From Octopus sinensis (Eukaryota): a stretch of DNA of 64,000 bases. Under the pieces are notes generated by a model, which was given only the letters and a program-made list of their open reading frames with translations, made no database searches and had not been told where the DNA came from. The stretch is taken from assembly GCF_006345805.1 (NCBI RefSeq), contig NC_042997.1:81034001-81098000 (forward strand). Direction: 5' to 3'. Shown here piece by piece: positions 25,040 to 38,580 of the stretch (position 1 is the stretch's first letter; each line of letters starts with the position of its first letter). Position numbers and translations under genes: made by a program.

Positions 25040-25940
25040 CCCATACATTTTTTCTACCCATTCCTTAATGTAACCCTACTCACACATCTCACACTTATTC
25101 ACTCCTTGCCTTCTCTTACTATCTCTCCCCACTCCTCTCCCATCCTCCCTTCACATTATTTTGACCACCAACTGACACTCATTTTCTCACTTCTTTCACC
25201 CTTTCTTCACTTTTTTCTTTCTTTTTTTCCCCATTTTCACCTTTTCTCTCATTTTCCTCTCTTTCTCTCATTTTCTCTTCCTGTTTTCATTTTGACCTAT
25301 CGCCTCACTCTAAACATACGCATCTCTCCCCACCATCTATTCACAAATAGTATCAATATATTCTCAAATTTTCATTCACACCACAAGACCCTTTCGAATG
25401 AGCAACACAGAATCCATGGTGCCATACTTTGAAATTACTAAACACAAACTACTATTGGAACTTACATCCCATGTACAGGAAACTTTCTTACCACTTCTAT
25501 ATTCAATACACCACTTTACTTGAATAATGGAACTGCAACTACAATATTTTATATTTTATTTCTACTTTCATTCTCTTATTTCTTTCTATATTCCCTATCT
25601 CCTCCTTTTCCATAATAATTCCTTATTTCGAACTCAAATATTTACCTCTATTTAACCATCTCACATCATCTCTGATGAAGGAATATCCATAATATTCCAG
25701 AAGCAGCAGTAAGACTATATCTATATCTTTTTCCTTATAAATGTCCTGAAAACTCCTCACTGCCTTGTCTTTGTTATCTCTTTTTGTCTAATATATATAT
25801 ATGCATGCTAATACAAGACCCACATTAAACTCCTCACTCATATCACTATTGAACCAAGAGTTTAACTATGGTCTTTCCATAGCACTTACTTAGCATTGCC
25901 TGCCATTCTTTGGGTCTTCTAGATACCAATACCTCTCATT
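25040..25940 (+). mobile_element. Non-coding PLE-type terminal-repeat element, copy 2 (empty site for the Tc1)
   Basis: Colinear with copy 1; a short (TA)n at about 25790-25802 occupies the position where copy 1 carries the DD36E Tc1. Confidence 0.7.
25668..25715 (+). ncRNA. Minimal type-I hammerhead ribozyme motif (A15.1>G)
   Basis: AUCU CUGAUGA A GGAAUAU-CCAUA-AUAUUCC A GAAG CAGCAG UA AGAC. Confidence 0.7.
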
Positions 25941-26249
25941 ATATATATATATATCCATATATAAATGTATGTGTATTTATATGTATATATGTATGTGTGT
26001 GTGGTTGTGTGAATACATACATGTACACACATGTGCACACATGCATATGTATACAGGTATGCATACTTGTTTATGCACACAGTGTGTGCATGTATACATG
26101 TATGTATATATACTCGTGTGTGCATATATATATATATATATATACAAGCACGTACATATACACACATGCACTCACACACACAGGGTACACTTGCACATTC
26201 ACTTGCAAGCAAGCACATATGTTTGTCCATGTATGCATGTATATATACT

Positions 26250-27060
26250 CGTGTAGTATGTAGAAGGGGTAGGAGTTTGCAGATGGACAGGCATGAACTA
26301 GTGTTGGGGATTGACGGACCTGTTCATGGAGGCTGGTTATGTTCACCAAGGTGCAGGCGGTGCAGGAGAACAGCTGGTACTAAGGTGATATATCCAGCTT
26401 GTTGTTGACCAGTGGCTTGAAATTTACCTGAAGGTTGGGATTGGGGTTGTGTGGATGTATTTTTCGTTTGTTGATGTGTGTGTGTGCTGCTAGATGTGAT
26501 GTTGTCTAAGCAGGAGCAACTCACCTTGACATTATTGGGGTTGAAGAGTTTGTAATACATATGGCACCTGGAGAAATATTTTTTAATTAATGACAGGAAG
26601 CCCTAGCTGTATTGATACAAACTTCTAGGTTGAATGGGGTGGGTTATACCAGATAATTTAATTTTCCTTTTCCTAATCCTCTTGGGGTTTGGGGTGAGGC
26701 AAGGGGGTTTTGAGATTGTCCACATACATGAGCTTCTCAATAAACCTGCTCCTAACCAAAGCATCGTTGTGGTGGTGGGGGGGCCCTATTAAAGATCTCC
26801 TTGTTGGTCAAAAGTTTAGATACATGTTTACTAACGCCTGAAACCAGGTTTATAATTACAGAAGTAGTGGATGGAGTTGAGTTCTTGTGGATGTATACCG
26901 TTTCCTCATTATGTTTCCTAAGTTTACGTCCAAGAAATCAACTATAGTCAGGTTGTTGGTAACCATTATGGACAGGCCGAACTCTTTGTCCATGGTGTAA
27001 CCGTTCATATGCCTTTGAGATAGCCAGGCTGTCATCCCTATAGAAGATCAACTTACACAT
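26250..27060 (-). mobile_element. Penelope-like element RT/linker remnant
   Basis: FYRDDSL at about 27030-27050; IIWYNPP; YKLFNPNNVKVSCSCLDNI (PLE RT-EN linker signature); multiple stops and frameshifts. Confidence 0.75.
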
Positions 27061-27566
27061 CACACCACCCCTTCCTATTTCCCTGCCAATCATGCAACCA
27101 ATTTCCTGCCCACCACACAGTCAATTTCCTGTTCACCATGCAGTATTTTCCAAGTAATTGTTGTCACTGAAATATACATATATACTCATACATCTACACA
27201 TTACATCACCCTTTCTTACTTCCCCTCCAAACTGTTTTGATCCATGCATGTAACTCCCAATAAATGTGTTGAGTGTCCTTCTTTCATTTGTCCACTCACT
27301 TGTACTCACACACACACACCACTGATGTTTTGACCAAATTTGCTACTTGCATTTCTTACAACCATAAATATTCTCATCAACACCTGTCTTTCTCAGTGAC
27401 ACTGATTTCCCAAAACTCTATACTTCTTTCTTACATCAAAACCCGGTCTTCACCAAGTCTCTTTCCTGATCAGATTACCTGACAACTGCCATCAAATACC
27501 TTTTCCTGTCATACATCACTTCTATTACATATCTCTACCTCTCTGATATTGTATGGCTATCCATTG

Positions 27567-27620
<54 letters not shown>

Positions 27621-27659
27621 TTTTCCTTTGAAGTTAACTGGTGGAAACTCTGTCAGTTC

Positions 27660-27900
27660 TGTACTGTTTACCTATTTCAGCAAATGTTCTCTAGCTTCTA
27701 CCCATCTTAGTCAAATAAGAGGTCAACCATTTCCATCATCCTCAATATGTCCATCCATAATCAAAGTTCAAAAACCCAAGATCTACAAGTGGTTCTTTTA
27801 TAGCTGTGCTGAAGCAGTACAAACAAAGAGTACCATCCACAGCATCTGAAAAAGTTACCCACCAACACCAGCCAGGAGATGCATCTCCACCACCACAATG
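27660..27900 (-). pseudogene. Possible hAT (TTF-zinc-finger type) transposase remnant
   Basis: WVTFSDAVDGTLCLYCFSTAIKEPLVDLGFLNF resembles the TTF W.EYS...D..FC.YC...F...GF.NW pattern, followed by GHIEDDGN...EHL. Confidence 0.4.
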
Positions 27901-28109
27901 CTTGCAAGACAATCTTTGGGAAAGCAAAGTTGTTTGTGCCTTGTATGACATCAAAGCTCTCTCACTTTCAAAATTGCTTGTTGGTCTTTGGATCTGTTAC
28001 TAAGAACAACATTTCAGAATACTTCTGCTCACCATTCTTCAACCAATGTAGTTTGTCTTCCAATAAAATATTTCATCTGTTGTCCATTTTGCATACTGTT
28101 CCATATTGT

Positions 28110-28170
<61 letters not shown>

Positions 28171-28195
28171 CACACACATGCACACACATGCAGAT

Positions 28196-28235
<40 letters not shown>

Positions 28236-30417
28236 AAGAAAATCCTTTCCTACTCTCCTTATCCATTTCCTTGTCTCACTTGTATACACACAGTTACCTA
28301 GAATGAACATTTTTCTATTCATTCCAGTTTTTGTGTCAGTTCATTCATTTTTTTTGTTTTGTTCATTCAGATTGTTGTTCCAGTGGCTTCCTACCATTCC
28401 TCCCAAATTATACATATCAGGGTTACAAATAAGAGTTCTCATGAAAATATATTAATCTAATCTCTTTTAACAGCAAAAGACACAATTGCTACATATAACA
28501 AGGAAACACTTCCATTATCTATCAACAATAGACAGCTAAAGTTTGTACTTTTTGATGATCTCCCATAGAGATTATATATAATGAGGAGATAACAGGTAAA
28601 TTTTTCTAAAAAACATAGATGCATTCTTTGAAACCCTATGGTACATACACAAAGACTTGATAATTGTAGCAAGTACAATGCCATAACACCTGTTTCACAA
28701 ACCTGGTTAACATTAAATCTGAAATTGCTTCTATACATCCAACACAACCTGTCATATTTTCTCTACAGTGAAATAATATTTATTCCCACTTAAACATGGA
28801 TGTTCTGTTAGAACAAACTTTACTGTGATAGATACCATAACAGAAACCCTCAAAAAGGCTTTTGATGCAGAATGCATGCTTGTTTGTTTATATCACCAGC
28901 AGGGAGAAAAATCCCCACCTACTCCAATGCCAAGACCACCAGATCACATAATTTTGATCTTCCTTGATGTCATCAGTGAAAGATGCTCAACCACTAGAGA
29001 TAACAGCAACTCATTTCTCCATGAGCAATATATAAAAAAATCATTGCCAGAACAGGCACTGGTGTCTTGATTAACCAGTTAGCTTCTTTAAAATATAAAT
29101 TAGCAACAGAGGGAGTATCAATACCGGTATTAATACTGACTTTGTGACTAATATGTACTTCTCCACTGTGTCTCACTCCATCATCAAAATCCCACATTAA
29201 ATACTCTTCCTAATCAATCTTTTCCCTTGCAAGAAATCTCTCCCAGTTCTATTTTAATTCCCTACATTGATTTGAAAATTTCAGTGCTTCAGTGTGGCTC
29301 CAATGACATACTCAATAATTAGACATTACTGTAATAAAACAGATATGAAACACAGAAGAACTGGTTTGGGAAATGTTCAAACCTCTCAGAAAGAGTCATA
29401 TTTGTAACTTTCAGAAATGGTTAAGAATGACCTTCACCTTATTTTGATAAAAATATATTAATTATTTCCTGACTTTTCTTAAGGATTAATTGAGTAGTTG
29501 ATTTCAGGTAGGTTGTATTTTTGCTTTTTATTTTTTATCTTTACTTTCTTTTTTATTTATGATTAGCTTTGGCAAAAAACTTGGTCAGAAATTATGTGTT
29601 AAAACGGACATTGTTCTGTTTGGAGAGATTCATATTAGCAATTTATTAAATGTAATATACACATTGTTGTTATTCACTTATTAATTCCTTTTTTGTAATT
29701 AATAAAAGCAAAGTTTTTCATAATACATTTATATCCTGACCTTTGACTCCATCTCTCCTTCAATCATATATTTGATACCAAATACCATAAAAAATATATA
29801 TATATTATAAAAAAAGTATAAATACAGAGATAATATTAATGCTTGCATTTAATAAAGCACAAAACTACAATGCAAAATACAATACTTTTTTGGTGGCTCA
29901 AGAAAAATAAATGATCAAAAATGAGCTAAAGAGAAAACAGAAGAAACAGAATTTAATGAACATGGTAATATGAAGGAAATGTGTAAAATCAATTTGTAAG
30001 GTTCAGATGAGTTTTGTATGAGGAAGATTTCATAAACATTACCACTGTCTTAGAGAACTGGTAAATTTTCGAGATGGTTTCCAGGCATACATTCTTATGC
30101 AAAATATTAGTGTCATATTTTGTAGTTACTCAATGTTATTGTCATTTAACGTCCACCCTCTACACTATTAATTTGATGAGGATTTTTTTTTCCATCCCGC
30201 CTTTGCACTACTGCTGTACAAATGTATTCTATGGACTGAAGATCTTTTAGATTTCAAATTTAGGCCCAGTAATTGTAGAAGGAAAATCTGACACATGAAA
30301 ATAATTCAAGAATAAACCAACGTATAACACATATACTCATATGTGAACCAACGAGGAAGTTTCTTCAGGGTTTTGGAATTTATGCAACATTACTATTTAG
30401 ATATCAAACATATTAGT

Positions 30418-30462
<45 letters not shown>

Positions 30463-31549
30463 CTATGTATGTATGTAGGTAGGTAGGTATACATGCATAT
30501 ATGTATACTAGCAGGAAAATATCTATGATAAAGCCTGACAAAATACAAGGCATGAAGCTTGAAAATACAGCTGAAGTTGGAATTTGAATTTAGATAATAT
30601 ACCTTTGGAGTGGGTTTAGATTGTTACAAGTGCTGACTGCTGTTTCTTGTGTCAGAGGTCACTAGTTGTATGATGAAGATGACTGAATCGTTTATGATTT
30701 TTGATAAACAAATTTTTTTTTTCTTTTCATACAAAAAAAAGCAAATACTGTCATTGCTATGAATGACAAAATATTGAGAGAGTTTTAATGTTATTGTCCT
30801 TGATGTAATAGTAGTAGCTGTCAAAAAGTTAGCTGCTGGTCATTGTATTACTATCACCAATCGTTCATTGTGGTTGTTGTCAGCTTGGGTCAGCAGCTGT
30901 CTCTCTACTGTCTCTCATTGCTCTCTCCAAGCTCTTCCTCAAGTATTAAAGGTGAGCTGAATTTATACTGATGATTAGGCTCAGAAAGATGAAATTGTCA
31001 CTGGAGCCTACTCCACATGAAGTCATAAGTGATTAGTCTTTTTTTTTTTTTTTTTTACATGGATAATTTCCAGTGAATCATGACATTGGGTATAGTAGTG
31101 ATCTGACTGCTGAACATTCCTCCAACAAAATGGAAGGAAAAAGGGAAAAGATTAAAGGGAAGACTAAGGTGCCTTTGTACAGCATATTGGTTATGTCAAT
31201 AAATTTGTAAGGTCATTTTCTTTCCCTTGTAGTACCCACTCATATGTATGATCATACTCAATAGTTTACAAATAGCCTAAATTTTTTCATACATAGGTGA
31301 AGAGGGATTTGTTGATCAAGTTTTATAGAAGATATGAATGTGGTTGGGTGTGGACTTGCAGGATATTAGGAACATAAATATGTTAGATTTCCAGGTCTTC
31401 CTTGAGCATAAATTCCAAATCCTTTGTCTCTAGTGAGAAATGTTTTCATTTATTAATGAGGTAAGATAGACCTCCATACCATTTATCTTACATTATTTCT
31501 GAGCATACTGGATACTTCTGTCTATTTTTCTGTTACTAGGTATGTTTAA

Positions 31550-31768
31550 CCTTTTAGCATCTAAACCAGTCATTTCCAGCCAAAATGTTCTACCTGTTTT
31601 ATGTTCAAATCAACTAGATTCTGACCTCTCACATCTATGCTTTAATGTTATTCTAAAAATAAGCAATTTCATCATCAAAATCTCAGAGCAACAAGCTAAC
31701 GCATGATTAATTCAAAGCAATGTAAATAAATGAACATTACATTTGACAGAAATCTGATGGCTAAAGAG
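31550..31768. mobile_element. piggyBac-type MITE
   Basis: TTAA at 31546-31549 and 31769-31772 flank imperfect TIRs CCTTTTAGCAT / ATGGCTAAAGAG; 219 bp, non-coding. Confidence 0.65.
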
Positions 31769-32949
31769 TTAAGTACTTCCTAGTCACTTCTAGATCAGCT
31801 CATATTTCTGTATTCGTGTTAGATCAGCTATAGTTGGAAAAACATGAGGGAAAGTTAGCCTGAACATTTTAAAATTTTGAAAGCTAGGCTAGATCTTCAT
31901 CAAACGTCAATGATTTGTCCCCCTCTCATCATCCATCATATTTTATTTTATAGGGAGTAAATAAAGGAAGTTCCATAGAGAATTTTCTTCAAAGGGGAAA
32001 TTTGAATCTATTTGAAGTAGGGTATACTTTTACATTTGAAGAAAACTAAAAACTACATTATTGTTTATTTGTTTATTTATTTTTTTATTTCAATTCCAAC
32101 TTCAGCTGCAACAATTTTTAAATTTCTACATCTTGTTCTGATATTTCCAGATTCAGTTAATTATGAAAATTACCATTCCCGCACTGCATTTTCCCTTCTA
32201 CAGTAAAAAAAAAATTGCTCAAAAGCTACAGTAAAAAAGTAAATTTTATAAATTGACAAAAGGTAAATTATATAAAAATGCTAATGAGAAACCTGAGATG
32301 AAGAAGAAAAGTGCCTGTAGAGCAGCAGTAGTTGAATTAAATGAAGCTTGCCAGAAAGCTGAGGCAAAAATGGCCTGATGATACATTTTGAGGAACAGCT
32401 GGAAGACATCACAAGTCTCTTTATTGCTATGGCATTTTAAATTATCTTAATTTTTTTTTCAAACATGGTGATTTGTCCACCACTCTTTCCCTCTTTATGA
32501 AAAACACTGCTAAAATGTATCCTAAATGTAAATGGAATTATAATAGAAGACTACAAACTGAGCCAAGTGATAAAAAAAATGTTTTTAGTTAGAAGCAAGA
32601 AGCAATTGTTATTGGTTTTACATGTGCAGACTTGACCTGAAGAAGGACTTTGGCATTTAGTGGTTAATAGATGTTGACAAAAGTGGTATGATGTGATATT
32701 CAAAGGCTGTTTGAACCAGTGTAAACCCTCTGCTGCCTTATTTTTATTATAAGTAAAGGTAGTCTATATTTCTGTTGATGAGGAAACTCCTAGTATGGAT
32801 TATTTTCAGGTTTTTAACATCAGTAGCCCAGATCTTGTCCTTTCTGTATCAGTGTCCAATAATCAAGTCCCTTCTTGTGCTTTTCCATTGTAAATATTTT
32901 TAATCATTGTCTCAAAAACCTTACTATTGATGCTATGTATTTTGGCTTA

Positions 32950-33380
32950 AGACAGAGATAGCATTTGTTCCACATTCCTACTGGTCACCCTTCACTTGAT
33001 TGTACTCATTTGTCCCTTCATCATTATTGTGACTGAGTAAGCATTGACAGATCTCCACACAATTGCACTTATGCGTTTCAGTAAGCTCTCTTAGCACCCA
33101 TCTTGCATAGACTTTACAGAAGCACAGTGCTTATGAATGATTTTATATGCAGAACTATGACTAACTTGCAGAGAGCATGCTACCTCATTGATGGTCACTT
33201 GTCAGTTTGCCAGAAGTATCTCTTAAGCTTGTTGAATCCTGCTCTCCATGCTCCTCTCTTGTCTGACCATTTAAAAACTTTTTGGTCCACTCTTACACAC
33301 TTCTATGTAATAGAGCACTGTTCCTGTATTACACTTCTTTGGGCCAAATCTCATTCCAATACTATTTTTGACATTGCAAG
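32950..33380 (-). pseudogene. Decayed mariner transposase fragment
   Basis: Minus strand: VTINEVACSLQVSHSSAYKII and KVYARWVLRELTETHK..CVEICQCLL (WVPxxL motif). Confidence 0.6.
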
Positions 33381-33414
33381 CATTTTTAGTATATATACAT
33401 GCATGCATACATGT

Positions 33415-33496
33415 ATGTATGTATGTATGTATGTATGTATGTATGTATGTATGTATGTATGTATGTATGTATGTATGTATGTATGTATGTATGTAT
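33415..33496. repeat. (TATG)n microsatellite
   Basis: Directly visible. Confidence 0.97.
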
Positions 33497-34009
33497 GTTC
33501 TGAGGACAGCTGATATCTTGACTACTGAAGTGATGGTGCACAAGCATCGGTTATGTTGAATTGGACACTTTATTAGAATGAAGGGTAGCAGGATCCCTAA
33601 GCAGATGCTATATGGGGAACTTGTGAATGGAAAGAGACCTCGGCAGAAACCAAGGCTGCGATTTAACGACTGTGTCAAGTCCTCATTCAAGGCCTGTGAT
33701 ATGCAGGAGACTTATTGGGAGAACAATGCCTGTCACCGTCACAGATGGAGGAAGCAGATTAAGGAGGGGATCGACACTTTTGAGAGAGCACATATTCAGC
33801 ATGATGAATTTAAGCATGCTGCACGAAAGTGCACGGCTGGTGTAGTAAAAGCTTGGTCTGCAATGTTTGCAGTTGTGTATGCTTGTCAAGAGCAGGGCTC
33901 ATTAGCCACCAACGGAGCTGCAAATGCAAAATATAAGTTAGTCCTAGAGTGCACAATGTTCCTGAAGGTCAGCAATGGTCTTCCTTGGTCATGAGTAGAC
34001 AGCCATCAT
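33497..34009 (+). mobile_element. Second RTE family (BovB/AviRTE-like) 3' fragment with a C-terminal C2H2-like finger
   Basis: HRLC*IGHFIRMKGSRIPKQMLYGELVNGKRPRQKPRLRFNDCVK...RHRWRKQIKEG; shifted frame VCNVCSCVCLSRAGLISHQRSC; (CAT) tail. Confidence 0.8.
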
Positions 34010-34062
34010 GTATATATGCATGTATGTATGTATGTATGCACATATATATGCACATATATATA

Positions 34063-34233
34063 GGCGCAGGGGTGGCTGTGTGGTAAGTAGCTCGTTTACC
34101 AACCACATAGTTCCGGGTTCAGTCCCACTGCATGGCATCTTGGGCAAGTGTCTTCTGCTATAGCCCCGGGCCGACCAATGCCTTGTGAGTGGATTTGGTA
34201 GACGGAAACTGAGAGAAGCCCGTCGTATATATG

Positions 34234-34270
<37 letters not shown>

Positions 34271-34485
34271 CTGTTTGTGTGTCTGTGTTTGTTCCCCTAG
34301 CATTGCTTGACAACCGATGCTGGTGTGTTTACGTCCCCGTCACTTAGCAGTTCGGCAAAAGAGACCGATAGAATAAGTACTGGGCTTACAAAGAATAAGT
34401 CCCGGGGTCGATTTGATCGACTAAAGGCAGTGCTCCAGCATGGCCGCAGTCAAATGACTGAAACAAGTAAAAGAGTAAAAAGAGT
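34063..34485 (+). mobile_element. Full-length tRNA-derived SINE with Meta-like central domain and internal microsatellite
   Basis: A-box TGGCTGTGTGG, B-box GGTTCAGTCCC, then ttgggcaagtgtc...gtgagtggatttggtagacggaaactga, internal (TA)/(TG), tail (AAGAGT)n. Confidence 0.88.
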
Positions 34486-34687
34486 ATATATGCATTTATG
34501 TGTATGTTGTGCATATGTATCTATGTATGTATGGATTTATGTGTGTATGTATGTATCTGTGAATATGTATGCATGCTCATATGTGTGTATTTCTGTGTAT
34601 GTATATGTACATATGTATATATATACTTATGTATGCATGTATGTATGTACTTATGTATGCATGTATGTATGTACATATGTATTTATG

Positions 34688-36630
34688 CACACAAAGATAA
34701 GCCCCTGTACCTGGCTTTCATTGACATGGAGAAAGCCTTTGACAGGGTCCCCCAGTCCTTTATCTGGTGGTCAATGAGGAAACTAGGGATATATGGATGG
34801 TTAGTGAGAGCTGTGCAAGCCATGTACAGGGACGCCGCTAGTAAGGTGAGGGTTGACAACGAGTACAGTGAAGAATTCCGGGTAGAGGTAGGAGTCCACC
34901 AAGGCTCAGTCCTCAGCCCCCTCCTATTTATCATAGTCCTCCAGGCAATAACGGAGGAATTCAAGACATGATGCCCCTGGGAGCTCCTATATGCTGATGA
35001 CCTTGCTCTAATTGCTGAGTCACTATCAGAACTGGAGGAGAAGTTTCAGGTGTGGAAGCAAGGATTAGAATCAAAGGGCCTTAGAGTCAATCTAGCTAAA
35101 ACCAAAGTCCTAATAAGTAGGAAGGTAGACAAATCACAAACGCCTTCAGGTAGATGGCCCTGCTCGATCTGTAGAAAAGGTGTAGGTAGAAACTCTATAA
35201 GATGCACCAAGTGTAAGCTATGGACACATAAGAGGTGCAGCAATGTCAAAGGAAGGCTAACTAGGAAGATAGTTTTTGTATGTGGCAGATGCTCAGGAGC
35301 AATAAACACTGAAAATGCTCTGAGACCAACTTCTGCCACTTTCCAGGGAGAAAAACTAGAAATAGTTGATAGCTTCCGTTACCTAGGTGACCAAGTCAGT
35401 AGTGGGAGCGGGTGTACTGAAAGTGTAACTGCTAGAGTAAGAACAGCTTGGGCAAAGTTCAGAGAGCTCTTACCTCTGCTGGTGACAAAAGGCCTCTCGC
35501 TCAGAGTAAAAGGCAGACTGTATGACGCATGTGTACAAACAGCCATGCTACATGGCAGTGAAACATGGGTCGTGACTGCTGAGGACATGTGTAAGCTCGC
35601 GAGAAATGAAGCCAGTATGCTCCGATGGATGTGTAATGTCAGTGTTCATACTCGACAGAGTGTAAGTACCTTGAGAGAAAAGCTGGACCTAAGAAGCATC
35701 AGTTGTGGTGTGCAAGAGAGACGTTTATGTTGGTATGGTCATGTGGTGAGAATGGATGAAGATAGTTGTGTGAAAAAGTGCCACACCCTAGCGGTTAAGG
35801 GAACCTGTGGAAGAGGCAGACCCAGGAAAACCTGGGACGAGGTGGTGAAGCACGACCTTCGAACTTTAGGTCTCACCGAGGAAATGACTAGAGACCGAGA
35901 CCTTTGGAAGTATACTGTGTGTGAGAAGACCCGGCAGGACAAGTGAGACCATAACCCGTGGCCTCTACATGGGATGTAGCCAGTCTACTTATGAATACTT
36001 TTCCTTCTTGGGACACAAAACTCAACTTGTGAAGACCTGTTGAGGCAAGTGAAAATCAAAATCAAAATCAAAATCGATCAACATCAATGGAAATTGCAGC
36101 TGTGATACCAGTGCCGGTGGTACATAAGAGAACCTATTTCTTTATTACCCACAAGGGGTTAAACATAGAGGGGACAAACAAGGACAGACGTAGGTATTAT
36201 GTCGATTACATCGACCCCAGTGCGTAACTGGTACTTAATTTATCGACCCCGAAAGGATGAAAGGCAAATTTGAACTCGGCGGAATTTGAACTCACAACGT
36301 AACAGCAGACGAAGTACCGCAAAGCATTTCGCCCAGATGTGGCCATTGCCAGCGCCGCCCCAACTGGCCTCGTACCGGTGGCATGCAAAAAGCACCATCT
36401 GATCATGGTCGTTTGCCAGCCACGTCTGGCACCTGTGCCGGTGGCACGTAAAAAACACCCACTACACTCACGGAGTGGTTGGCGTTAGGAAGGGCATCCA
36501 GCTGTAGAAACACTGCCAGATCAGACTGGGCCTGGTGCAGCCTTCTGGCTTCCCAGACCCCAGCTGAAGTGTCCAATCCATGCTAGCATGGAAGCGGATG
36601 CTAAACGATGATGATGATGATGATGATGAT
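34688..36630 (+). mobile_element. 5'-truncated RTE LINE (RT, PHD finger, C-terminus, 3'UTR), interrupted by a SINE
   Basis: LAFIDMEKAFDRV, GVHQGSVLSP, LLYADD, FRYLG, WYGHV; ORFs 34498-34971 and 35050-35946; (GAT)n tail at about 36607-36630. Confidence 0.95.
36136..36335 (-). mobile_element. Young Nin/Deu-like SINE nested in the RTE 3'UTR
   Basis: CpG-retaining copy tatcgaccccgaaaggatgaaaggc...ggcggaatttgaactc; the RTE UTR resumes on both sides. Confidence 0.85.
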
Positions 36631-37329
36631 GAATCCTGCACACAAACACCTCCATTATTCTTTCCCCCCTCATCGCTCAGTCATTTATTTATAGTATTTC
36701 CTGCACCTTGGCTAAAACCTAAGACTATATTGTTCTTTGATAATTCAACTTTTTTGACACTTGTATTGACTGACAACTAAAAATTCTCCACAGACACTTT
36801 TGGCTATAAATTTCTATTCTACTATATAAATTCTATTTACCAAGAAGGACAGCATTTCTTTTACAAATTCCTCATTAAAGAAAATGTTAGAAAAAAGAAA
36901 AGAGAATCTATACTATTTACTGCAGACTATTTCTCTTTCTGCATATTTTAGATGACAATACAATATATAATCTTTAATACATGCTCCGTATATTGCAAGC
37001 AAACTGTTCTGAAAACTATTTTGTTATCATAATCTAACTAATATCTTAATATCAAGGATAATAGTACAGACACACACACACACATTTACACCTCACAAAA
37101 CACACTCATACACACACACACACACACAAGCACATGCATGCACACACACAATCACACTCACACACATACATACACACATATACACATGCAAACACACGTG
37201 CACATATATACACTCACATATGCAAACAAAACCACACACACATACACAAATATGTACACTCACACTAATACACACATTCACACACACTTATGTGCTGTTA
37301 AAGCCTGGTACAAAACCACCTCTCTCAAT

Positions 37330-37600
37330 ATTGCAGCACTGCAACTCACCCAAGGGGATTTGCCTTTGCAAGTTACTTGGTGACCCCACTTGTGCCAGTG
37401 TCCCCAAAAACGCACCCAGTACACTCTATAGAGTGCTTGACATTAGGAAAGTCATCCAGCTGTGGAAAGCATGTCAAAGCAAACATTGAGACTCAATGCA
37501 GCACTCTGGTTAGTCAGATACTGTCAAAACATCCAACATGCACCAGCATAGAACAAGGATGTTAAATGATGATGAGGATGATGATGATCATCATCATCAT
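37330..37600 (+). mobile_element. Degenerate RTE 3'UTR/tail fragment
   Basis: cattaggaaagtcatccagctgtggaaa...ccagcatagaacaaggatgttaaatgatgatg. Confidence 0.6.
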
Positions 37601-38129
37601 TATCACCCTTATCATCATTATCACCATCACCCTCATCCTTTAACATCCCTGTTCCATGCTGGCATCCTCAGGTAGAATCAATGTAAAAGTGTGTGCCCAA
37701 GGCTAGCTCTTTGAATTACAAGTACGATCCATCTCAAAGCCTTCCATTACATTATTCAATATCTCCTTTGCATTCTGAATGATAAAAAGAGATTTGGCTG
37801 AATTTCTAACAGAATAAGTAATCTGATCACATTGAAGTTTTCTCATAAACACTTACAAGTATACTCTTTTAGTTTAGAATAGCAGCAATCCACATTCATA
37901 GAACTACTTCCCAACACAGTTACAACCATAGACACATATCTGATGTAAGACTGGACTTGTTCTCCTTTAGGAGGCTTACAAAGCTACATAGAGTGCATAT
38001 GTTATATTATGCTGATGTTGAAGTATAAATTCACACTGTGTCCACTTTGCATTATCACTAGGAAGTTTTATGCCAATGAAAGAGCCTCTTTTCATGCACT
38101 CACCCTACTAGAAAGAGAAGCCAAATCTT

Positions 38130-38580
38130 CCTTACTGTCATCATTCAGCTATGAGGGTAAACAATAGGGGGTTATCTCCCTCTCCCTTTAGCTATCAACT
38201 TCCGGCAGTTCCCAAACAGCCAGCAGAAATCTCCAAAAATTCAAACATGGCACGATAATCTACATTCTGAAGTTAAGTATAGCCCCTGGCTCAAGTGAGT
38301 CCCTTAGGATTCTTGTGCATCCAGCTAGACATAGCTTGCAGCATTTCATCCCATTGGTGTAGGGGCCTGGGTTTTCGAGGATTTTCCATGAGATCGAGTG
38401 TGGAAAGGCAGGAAGGGTCAGGTTGTTCATGCAGGATCTGCAACAGTTGCCTAGTAGGAGGGCACCATGAAAGTGTACCCCCAATATTAAGAGCATCCTA
38501 GTTAGCACCCCTAGGCCACAGAAAGGGGCAGGTTGTTCATGCATGATCTGAAAGAGTTGCCCGGTAGGAGGCCACTGCAA
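38130..38580 (-). pseudogene. PLE GIY-YIG C-terminal remnant
   Basis: ISWKILENPGPYTNGMKCCKLCLAG...ILNFRM*IIVPCLNFWRFLL follows the PLE W.I...Y..G.K.C.LC...LN.RSE...C.H..KFLL pattern; contains a roughly 50-bp direct repeat 110 bp apart. Confidence 0.6.

Noticed and set aside
28994-29197. 67-aa minus-strand ORF in unique sequence
   Set aside because: No recognisable motif or convincing splice sites.
30968-31020. CTGATGA followed by a 7-bp stem, as a hammerhead
   Set aside because: No GAAA after the stem and no stem I or III.
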